From positions 1 to 40,186 of the IMG/VR virus record IMGVR_UViG_3300023284_002520: DNA of 40,186 nucleotides. The stretch is one strand, 5' to 3'. The notes under the pieces are model-generated. The model was given only the letters and a program-made list of their open reading frames with translations. It had not been told where the DNA came from and ran no database searches. Below, piece by piece: positions 32,724 through 40,186 of the stretch. Numbering within the stretch: the stretch's first letter is position 1; each line of letters opens with the position of its first letter. A program made the translations under genes and the position numbers. The DNA comes from a virus.

Positions 32724-35339
32724 TTAACTCGCTGCCGTGAATCCTGTAGATGCTAACATTGCATTAATTGCAATAATTGCGGTTCTTGCTTGTGAATCAA
32801 CGGTTGCTCCGCCTGTTGGATCTGCTATATGAGATGGTTGTGTTACACCTGGAGTATTCCAAAATCCTATCTTATCAGTGGTGGCATTTCCAATATCTAT
32901 ATTTAAGCTGTTTATACTAATAGTGTTTGAGTCAACTGTGAGCGTAGTTCCTGCTGGGATAACAATTCCAGTACCAGTTCTTTTTATTGTCAATATTAGA
33001 TTGGCATAAGTATTATCAAAAAATTCGAATTTATCAGTAACACCAGTATTAAATTGTACATCCCCACTAGATTGAATATGTTTTATTACGGAAGCTCCAT
33101 TCATCCAAAGTTCTGAGTTCCCTCCAGCTAATTCTGCAATATTAAAAATAGGCCCGCTCCAAACAAGCTGATCAGAGCTATCAGTATTCAAAAATAAGTC
33201 AACAGTGCCTGCATTATTTAACCATGATATTTTTGCTGCCTGTGGAAATCTAATTGCTCCTGCGACAGCCACACTAACAGTGCTGCTAACATTATCAATA
33301 TTTTTTCCATTCATGTCTAAATCTTGTGTAGCTGTATGATTACCTAAATCATCACCAGAACCACCAGCTAATGACATATCTCTTTCCGTGCCTGCGGAGT
33401 TTTTATAGAAATATTCTGTAATTCCGGCCTTATCTTTTGCATATACTCGTAATGTATTAGCATCTGGTGCTGTTGGGATAGTTATTTCTTCAACCTGCAT
33501 GAAAGTTGAAATATTTCCTAAAACAGCTATGTTATCAGCATTAGAATCTCCAAGAGTTACGTCAGCATTGAGGTTGATTAGATTTGTAAAAATGTTGACT
33601 CCTGTCCAAGTATTTGCCCCTCCTAATGATGGCAACGCTGAAAAATTTATTAGAGTACCGCCTGAAAATACTTTAACATCAGTTCCATTCATTCTCATAT
33701 TTCCATTTACTGCAGGATCAACCGCTGAATTTTGGAATTGAATATGTGAATCCACTTCAACGATAGGAAAGTCTAACTTTCCCAATCCTCCAGATTCAAG
33801 GATAAATCCTCGCTGTACTCCGTTGAACCAAAATGTATAGGTGTTACTGGTTAGATTAACATTAAAGTCCATATTTCCGCCTGCATCTGAGGAAATTCTT
33901 GATCCAGTTGAAGCACTAGGGTCTGCTGAACCGTCAGCAAATCTAACTTTCCCAATCCATAGATCATCAAACGCAAAACTTGTACTTCCTAAATCCACAG
34001 CTCCCGCAGCATTAGGGAGCAAGGCATTATTGAATTCAAAAAAATCAGCTCCAGCATTTGTAAATACTAATTTACCGCTCAGGGGTTGAATAATATGTCC
34101 GAAGGTCCAAATAATTCCGCCTAATGCATCGGCATTGTTGTTATTAAAATCTAAATCCCCATCTGTATCAACACCAATTCCTTCAACACCATTTACTTCA
34201 AATGCAATTCTTCTTGTACTTGGAACATTTATTTTTAATTCATTACTACCGGTTTCAACGTAAATTCCGAATTCTGTAGAGATAGTGGTTGCTACATTAG
34301 GAAATTTAATACGTTCAATAAAGAAATCTTGAAATGCTAACGCAGTTGTTCCAAGGTCAACTGTACCATCTGCATTTGGTTGGATTAATGCATTAAATTC
34401 AAAGAAATCTCCTGAAGGTGCAATAAACTGTAATCTATCTGAGAGTGCAGATATTGAATGACTAAATCCACCAAACAATGTAAAGAATATACCAGCAACA
34501 GCATCTGCACTGTTATTGTTAAAATTCAAATCACCATCAGCTTCTACAGCTATTTGTTCAACAGCGTTAACTTCGAATACTGTCCTGCGGGTAGATGGTA
34601 CGTTGATTTTCAAATCATTGCTGCCTGTTTCTACATAAATACCGTATTCCGTGGAAATTGTAGTCGATACGTTTGGAAACTTAATCCTGTCAATAAACAA
34701 GTCATGAAATGCTAATGTTGTTGAACCGATGTCAAGTGTTCCGTCAGCATCAGGAAGTATGTCTTGTGTTGCAATATGATTACCTAAATTATCTCCTACC
34801 CCAGACGTTCCACCAATATTTGTCCATTGGTTTGAAACAGCATCAAAAATAAGCCATACGTCAGATTGAGGTGTCATAACAATATCAAGAGCTGTAGAAG
34901 TACGGATGTTTGCACCACCCACGGCAGGATCTAAATGTTTTATTGTAAGATTTTCACCGAGTAGGGATTGTACAATTAAAAGTTGGCCAGCAAAAGTAGC
35001 GTTATCAATTCTAGAAAGATCATCATTGGGAGGAGTTTGTAATGCTACTATAAGACGAGATGAATAATTAGTAGTTAACGCACCAATATCTATTATACCT
35101 GCTGCTATAGTAACCGCAGCAGGGAAAAATGCTATTGGGCCAATCATAGTTCCACCGGCAGTTCTTAGAAAACCTTCATCAACTGATGTATCACCAGCAA
35201 CACTGCCAGAACCACCAACAGATCCAGTTTGTTGTGGGAGAAACCTCATTCTATTTAGACCGTGAAGTTGTTTAACATAATGGATTTGTTGTAACAGCCT
35301 ATCACTTTTTGTTGGAGCTAGTCTTGCTTTTCCTACCAT
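32724..35339 (-). CDS. Tail fibre protein with internal ~124-aa tandem repeats
   Basis: 871 aa, Gly/Thr/Asn/Ala-rich. GDNLGNHIATQD and GDDLGNHTATQD motifs, and 2.2 tandem repeat units. Confidence 0.65.
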   Translation of the reverse strand: MVGKARLAPTKSDRLLQQIHYVKQLHGLNRMRFLPQQTGSVGGSGSVAGDTSVDEGFLRTAGGTMIGPIAFFPAAVTIAAGIIDIGALTTNYSSRLIVALQTPPNDDLSRIDNATFAGQLLIVQSLLGENLTIKHLDPAVGGANIRTSTALDIVMTPQSDVWLIFDAVSNQWTNIGGTSGVGDNLGNHIATQDILPDADGTLDIGSTTLAFHDLFIDRIKFPNVSTTISTEYGIYVETGSNDLKINVPSTRRTVFEVNAVEQIAVEADGDLNFNNNSADAVAGIFFTLFGGFSHSISALSDRLQFIAPSGDFFEFNALIQPNADGTVDLGTTALAFQDFFIERIKFPNVATTISTEFGIYVETGSNELKINVPSTRRIAFEVNGVEGIGVDTDGDLDFNNNNADALGGIIWTFGHIIQPLSGKLVFTNAGADFFEFNNALLPNAAGAVDLGSTSFAFDDLWIGKVRFADGSADPSASTGSRISSDAGGNMDFNVNLTSNTYTFWFNGVQRGFILESGGLGKLDFPIVEVDSHIQFQNSAVDPAVNGNMRMNGTDVKVFSGGTLINFSALPSLGGANTWTGVNIFTNLINLNADVTLGDSNADNIAVLGNISTFMQVEEITIPTAPDANTLRVYAKDKAGITEYFYKNSAGTERDMSLAGGSGDDLGNHTATQDLDMNGKNIDNVSSTVSVAVAGAIRFPQAAKISWLNNAGTVDLFLNTDSSDQLVWSGPIFNIAELAGGNSELWMNGASVIKHIQSSGDVQFNTGVTDKFEFFDNTYANLILTIKRTGTGIVIPAGTTLTVDSNTISINSLNIDIGNATTDKIGFWNTPGVTQPSHIADPTGGATVDSQARTAIIAINAMLASTGFTAAS

Positions 35340-38047
35340 TATGCTATCAACCTTTTAACACCCGTTATAGTACGTAAAAATCCACCTGGACCTTGAGGAA
35401 ATTTATCGATTGTATATTTGATTTTCTTTGCAACTAATCTTATAGTGTTTGGTGTACCACCCGAATCAGCAGTACGTGTATCAGCATCATTTACAAGAAT
35501 TGGGTCATTTAAGAAGAACGTATCAAATAATTTAATGTCAGTTGCACCAATAGTTGTAACCTCAAACTCTTTTAATCTAAATCTAGAAATTTCATTATCT
35601 GCTAGATTGGCCTGATCATTCTGATAATGATTAGTAATAAACGGTCTTTCATTGAATTCGGGAAATAAAGCTCTTTCACCTCCTCCAGTTTGAGGTGAAG
35701 TTATAGATAAGATGGGTTTAGGAAAATTCAAAACATCAATATCCCATTTTATATTATAACCATCAACCACCAAACCAAGTAGAATATCTTCGAGTGAAGG
35801 AAGTACAATATCCTGTTTTATAATTGGAAAGTAACGACCGTCACTATCATATGGGCCTGTCCATTGCCAACAGATTAGCTTAATGTTTTTAAATTCAAAT
35901 CTATTTAGAATTTCAATACCTTGTAAGAATATGTTTTGACTAAGATTGCCAAATGCTATTGGAAGTCGGCCTCTGTATGGTTTGAATTGAGACCAAGGAA
36001 TAAAAATTTCTTCCCATAACCCGTTTACTGGAATGGTAAAATCTGCAGCATCGACATTATCTGAAGTATCAAAAATAAAACATTTACATTTAAAATTTCC
36101 AGCGTTTACAAAGCTACCAGAGCCATCCTTTTGATATCGCCAAGAGAATGTATTGGCAAATTTTATACCCTCAAGTGGACCCTTTTCCTTGGCTTCGTTA
36201 TTATTAAAACCAACCTTACCAGACGGTGATAAATGCATGTTGTTAATATCTAAAGTTACAGGTTCTCGCTTTGTGGCATTATTTCCAAAAATATTTCCTA
36301 TGGTTTCTCCATTAAATGAACTTGGGGAAAATGGTATTTCCATATTGACCCAAGCCCCTATTCTATAATATTTTGAAGCGTTTAAGGTTGTCAAATCACT
36401 TTTAGAATATCGAAATTCATATCTTACGGCAGAATTATCACCGTAATCACCACCAGCTCCATCCAACTTATTATTCCATCCTTGAGTATTTGTAATTTGA
36501 AAAACAGCATGAAAACAATCCTGAGTTTGATCCGTTGCCGAGACATCAACCCACGTTCCACCAGAATTTTTTTCAAATACAATTGCAGATCCTCCACCGA
36601 TTGAAGAAAATCTAACTGCACATAAGTCATCAGTGCCAGTAGTACGAAATTTTCTCCATGCAGTGCCGGTAAATTCCACAACTTCATTGCTAAAGGAAGC
36701 AAAATCACCCACACCGGTTCCGTTCACCAAATTTCTAAATCCACGATAGAAATTTCCAGTATATTTATAATTTGCGGAGATACTAGCTGGATTTGTTGCA
36801 TCCGTATGAACCCAAGTTCTTATTCTATTACCGTCTTGAAATACCAAATTTCCATCAAATACTTGTAACGATGTGAATGAAGGTGGATCATCAAGTTGAG
36901 TACCTGATTGATTTGCTCCCGAATTTTTCCATGCATCATTTCTGAAATTTGTGAAAGGGGAATAATCTCCAACAAAACCAATTTCGATTGTTAAGAAATC
37001 CCTAAAGTGATAGATATCCCAATCTGCGTTAGAAGTTTCTGTTGTAGGTGGAGCTATTCCTGTATCTTTATTTGCCTTATAATGAAACTCGTCACCTTGA
37101 TCATCAGGCCCAGTATCAGCTCTTCTTGTTATACTACCAGATGGATATGTGGTAATTGTTGCATCAAAGTTTGATAATCGTGGCCAAGCTTCCAATGCAC
37201 CAGCAAATAAAGATGTGTTAGCACGTAAAGAACCAAATCCATTAGCTCCCCAACAGGCATTAACAGTTCCTTCGGTAGAATGTAGTCCGCCCTCTTCTTC
37301 AGCCGGATTTACTGAAATGGCTTCACTAATAGTAACTTCACTGCCTGGTGACGGATCAATACCAGATTTTTTTGCACGAAACTTTATTTGGTTAAAATTA
37401 GAAGTGTCAGTTTCATAAGCAAGCTCCCAAAAATCACCACCGCCACCTGCAGGTGTAGAAGAACCCATTCTATCAACTAGTTCGATAAGTGCTTGGTAAG
37501 TTGTTATTTCAGAAATGTTAAAATCCATCTGACTAGCTGTAAATTTAGGTAGTTGGTTTCCAGTAGAATTATCATGATCGATTACTACTGGTTGTCCTAA
37601 TCCTTTGGAATCAGGGTCGTTGTAAAAGTCTATTATATCCTTTCCAATATTAAAACCGTTTTCAAAATAATATTGTTTGGCAAACGGTATTTTTCCCTGA
37701 TGTCTTTCTGGGCCTAACAAATCAACTTCACAAGTATAACCGCCTGGGCCGGATTTTAATGGATAAATAACATCAATTTCTAACGTGTCATCTGCAGGAG
37801 TATTTCCGAATTGATCAGTAATTTGTATTCTAATCTTGTCGAATTCAGTTAAAATAGGTGTTGTACCTGCATGAGAATTGGACATAAAATTACCGTCAGT
37901 TCCGTTAAGAACCAACTTTCCACTTCTTATAATTCCAGTACCATCTAATTCAACTGTTAATCTTTGTACATTTGGATCAGTGATGTCAGTTGCGACACCT
38001 TCTGGTTTGTATGTAACTATATAGCTCCAAAGTGTATTTTGTACCAT
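35339..38047 (-). CDS. Large tail/baseplate (host-recognition) protein
   Basis: 902-aa ORF between the small tail proteins and the fibre. TAATG overlap. Confidence 0.5.
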   Translation of the reverse strand: MVQNTLWSYIVTYKPEGVATDITDPNVQRLTVELDGTGIIRSGKLVLNGTDGNFMSNSHAGTTPILTEFDKIRIQITDQFGNTPADDTLEIDVIYPLKSGPGGYTCEVDLLGPERHQGKIPFAKQYYFENGFNIGKDIIDFYNDPDSKGLGQPVVIDHDNSTGNQLPKFTASQMDFNISEITTYQALIELVDRMGSSTPAGGGGDFWELAYETDTSNFNQIKFRAKKSGIDPSPGSEVTISEAISVNPAEEEGGLHSTEGTVNACWGANGFGSLRANTSLFAGALEAWPRLSNFDATITTYPSGSITRRADTGPDDQGDEFHYKANKDTGIAPPTTETSNADWDIYHFRDFLTIEIGFVGDYSPFTNFRNDAWKNSGANQSGTQLDDPPSFTSLQVFDGNLVFQDGNRIRTWVHTDATNPASISANYKYTGNFYRGFRNLVNGTGVGDFASFSNEVVEFTGTAWRKFRTTGTDDLCAVRFSSIGGGSAIVFEKNSGGTWVDVSATDQTQDCFHAVFQITNTQGWNNKLDGAGGDYGDNSAVRYEFRYSKSDLTTLNASKYYRIGAWVNMEIPFSPSSFNGETIGNIFGNNATKREPVTLDINNMHLSPSGKVGFNNNEAKEKGPLEGIKFANTFSWRYQKDGSGSFVNAGNFKCKCFIFDTSDNVDAADFTIPVNGLWEEIFIPWSQFKPYRGRLPIAFGNLSQNIFLQGIEILNRFEFKNIKLICWQWTGPYDSDGRYFPIIKQDIVLPSLEDILLGLVVDGYNIKWDIDVLNFPKPILSITSPQTGGGERALFPEFNERPFITNHYQNDQANLADNEISRFRLKEFEVTTIGATDIKLFDTFFLNDPILVNDADTRTADSGGTPNTIRLVAKKIKYTIDKFPQGPGGFLRTITGVKRLIA

Positions 38048-38536
38048 TTATGAGATAGCACCGTTTCTCCATAATTTTGCAATAAAAGCAACTTCATCAC
38101 GTGGTGACTCTGCATCTATAATATCAATAAAATGAAGAATGTATCCAACTGTTGCCGAGGCCGTTAAATCTACTGTATTATTAAATGAATTATCTAAGCG
38201 AATTCCAAATCTACCAAATTGAAGTGCTGTATTTACGGCTGGATCAATCATAAACTGTTTCAATCTAGCTGGCCCCTGTGTTGTACCATGAGAAATAAAA
38301 TAACCAGTTAAAACAACTTCAAAGGTTCCTAAAAGCGAATCAGTTGCATAATCTAAAACTCTGCCTGGATTTGGATGAAAGTTAACATCTCGCCTCATGT
38401 TAAAAGAGTTTTGAATTATTCTACCAGTACTATCAGGAATTGCACCGGCATTAAATTCAATTTTTTCGGAAGCTCCTAATGAAGCTTCTGTATCGGTTAT
38501 CAAAGTTGACCTAAATATTGCTGAATCGCCTGCCAT
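38048..38536 (-). CDS. Tail-module protein
   Basis: 162-aa ORF. Its ATG abuts the upstream TAG after GGAGGT. Confidence 0.5.
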   Translation of the reverse strand: MAGDSAIFRSTLITDTEASLGASEKIEFNAGAIPDSTGRIIQNSFNMRRDVNFHPNPGRVLDYATDSLLGTFEVVLTGYFISHGTTQGPARLKQFMIDPAVNTALQFGRFGIRLDNSFNNTVDLTASATVGYILHFIDIIDAESPRDEVAFIAKLWRNGAIS

Positions 38537-39187
38537 CTAACCACCAAACAATAATTTAGAATGATCTTTGGGACCAATCCTGTCAAGCCTACTTCCGTTT
38601 ACACCACCATCTCTAATAAATCGTAAATTATCTTCATGCATGGCTCCACTTTTTGCAATCATGCCGGCTTTAGATGATACAATAACCTGCCTTAATCCAA
38701 TTTCCGTATCACGCTGAGTTTGTCTATCTAAAAATGCATTATCTTCTTCTTCGGCATAACGCTTCCATCTAACATCCAATGGTCCACCAGGTCTTGAGAT
38801 GTATTTTATGACAAATGGTACGGTTGCAAGTGCTACTGCAATTACAACAGCATGAGGTAGAAAACCAACACCTGTATTAATTAAACCGGCTGGGTTTCGT
38901 GCCATTGAAAGGCCACTACCAAATAATCTGGCACCTTCATCTATTTTACTTCCGTCTTTTTTGCTTTTTATATTTGTGCTAGAACCATCTGCTATACCAC
39001 CCTCAGATTCTATTTCTTCTCGGCTCTCTTCCATTATTCTTTTAACTTCAGATTCTACAATCTGGTCAAAATCTTCTGGAAAAATATCAACAGCTTCAAT
39101 TTTATAATCGTCAAATCTGGGCGAAACAATATACGCACTTTTAATGCCCTGCTCAATCATTTGCCTAACAACGTCAGCTAAAGTCAT
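38537..39187 (-). CDS. Tail-module protein with one central TM-like segment (short tape-measure or ejection protein?)
   Basis: 216 aa. Hydrophobic FLPHAVVIAVALATVPFVI. ATGA overlap upstream. Confidence 0.4.
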   Translation of the reverse strand: MTLADVVRQMIEQGIKSAYIVSPRFDDYKIEAVDIFPEDFDQIVESEVKRIMEESREEIESEGGIADGSSTNIKSKKDGSKIDEGARLFGSGLSMARNPAGLINTGVGFLPHAVVIAVALATVPFVIKYISRPGGPLDVRWKRYAEEEDNAFLDRQTQRDTEIGLRQVIVSSKAGMIAKSGAMHEDNLRFIRDGGVNGSRLDRIGPKDHSKLLFGG

Positions 39188-39615
39188 GCCACTGTCACCA
39201 AATCTGTCGTAGCTTCAATAACTACATTTAATTGAATTAATCCTCTTCCGAGATCTATAGTATCTAAAATTCTAAGCTGACCTGTTATCTGATATGAACG
39301 AGTTCCAGAGGAAACGTCAGTCATGTTTACTTTCCAAGTTTTAATTGGCATTTGATTATTAGTTTGTACACGTAATGCCATCAAACTAGATAATTCTGGT
39401 GTTGTACCAGTAATCGTTCCTTCTATGTTAATCATGTTTAGATCGTATAGCTTTTCTTGCACGCTGTCAGTTCTTTGATGAACAACTGCTAACGGTGCTG
39501 AATCACCAAATCTCCAATTTAATGTTTGTCTGTAAATTAATGCGTCAGTTATATTTTCTAGATTAGTAAACTGAGAATCAATAAATTCTCCTTCGTTACC
39601 AGCTTGAGCACTCAT
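39184..39615 (-). CDS. Tail-module protein
   Basis: 143-aa ORF directly after the wrap-around CDS. Confidence 0.5.
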   Translation of the reverse strand: MSAQAGNEGEFIDSQFTNLENITDALIYRQTLNWRFGDSAPLAVVHQRTDSVQEKLYDLNMINIEGTITGTTPELSSLMALRVQTNNQMPIKTWKVNMTDVSSGTRSYQITGQLRILDTIDLGRGLIQLNVVIEATTDLVTVA

Positions 39616-40185
39616 TTAAGCCACCATATAACCTGTTGGTGCTAAGATTGTTGCACGAAATCTATATTTCACCAATGTTTCGTCACCAGCTAGTTTTATC
39701 ATTCTTGCAATTTTTGTTTTAGTAGAAGTGGTCAGAACTTTTGGCACGCTTTCTGTGTTTGTGTGTGCGTGTAAAAATACAGCTTCTATGTGTTGGCCGT
39801 TAGCTTGCATTTTGTAAATGTTATCAAGTTTTTCTGCGGATGTACCATCCAAGTCAGATCTTTTTGCATTCATTTCTCCAATCATCAAACCAGAAAATTC
39901 ACCTCGTACTTGAAACGGTATTCCACGTCCTCTTTCAGTGGATTTAGTTAGATAGGAAATTGTGTTGAATCCTTCATCGATGACAACATTACTAACTTCT
40001 GTAAAAATATAATCAGCTCCTGGTGGAGTATCCATGTTTGCCGAAGCTGATAAATCAAAACTTAATACTCCAGAAAAGCCATGAAAACCTTCCGATGTTC
40101 CTGTTTTAATTTGAATTAACGTTAAGTTTAATGTTCTAATGAATTCCGGTTTAGCATTTTCAAAATTATCCTCACGTTGCCACAC
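39616..40185 (-). CDS. Same wrap-around structural protein, 3' part (TAA stop at 39618..39616)
   Basis: Open to the window end. The leading M in the track is really GTG = Val at an internal position. In frame with 1..539 through the 144-bp repeat. Confidence 0.7.
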   Translation of the reverse strand: MWQREDNFENAKPEFIRTLNLTLIQIKTGTSEGFHGFSGVLSFDLSASANMDTPPGADYIFTEVSNVVIDEGFNTISYLTKSTERGRGIPFQVRGEFSGLMIGEMNAKRSDLDGTSAEKLDNIYKMQANGQHIEAVFLHAHTNTESVPKVLTTSTKTKIARMIKLAGDETLVKYRFRATILAPTGYMVA

Positions 40186-40186
40186 T
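40043..40186. repeat. Terminal direct repeat, copy 2 (identical to 1..144)
   Basis: Direct comparison of both window ends. Confidence 0.95.

Noticed and set aside
33936-34757. Fibre-gene repeats as the template/variable repeat pair of a diversity-generating retroelement.
   Set aside because: There is no reverse transcriptase gene anywhere. The repeats are in-frame tandem units within one gene, and their differences are not restricted to adenine positions.

Overview
The window is one complete genome of an AT-rich tailed dsDNA virus (Caudoviricetes-like). Its first 144 nt are identical to its last 144 nt, so the unit is 40,042 bp and closes into a circle or is terminally redundant. The junction falls inside a CDS. 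About 28.6 kb is one co-directional minus-strand transcription unit that runs 20801 -> 1, wraps, and continues 40042 -> 32234. In order it holds: a 2.4-kb array of 16 micro-genes; TerS-like, a 25-aa FCS microprotein and TerL; a seven-gene fibre/lectin cluster; portal, protease, scaffold, decoration protein and HK97-like major capsid protein; two holin-like proteins, a metallophosphoesterase, a wHTH protein and a matrixin-like metzincin; then connector, tail/baseplate proteins and an 871-aa fibre. The remaining ~11.4 kb (20881..32242) is an early/accessory region in four blocks of alternating orientation. It encodes a SPOUT-like protein, a ThiS/MoaD-like ubiquitin-like protein ending in GG-NM, a ParB-like/DNA-methylase pair split by a single in-frame TAA, DUF3560-like and SWIM proteins, and two paralogous HNH endonucleases flanking a Gp37/Gp68 (DUF5131) three-Cys gene. 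It also encodes C2H2 zinc fingers and a DUF559/Vsr-like nuclease that has a perfect A_AAA_AAA -1 slippery site and is coupled to an SPPY methyltransferase. I found no tRNA, rRNA, CRISPR array, integrase, reverse transcriptase or recognisable DNA polymerase/primase/helicase. Strong Shine-Dalgarno motifs (AGGAGT, GGAGGTGAT) and ATGA/TAATG stop-start overlaps are pervasive. All functional calls come from reading motifs by eye, with no database search, and the host is undetermined. Several ORFs shorter than the 60-aa track cut-off were called manually.
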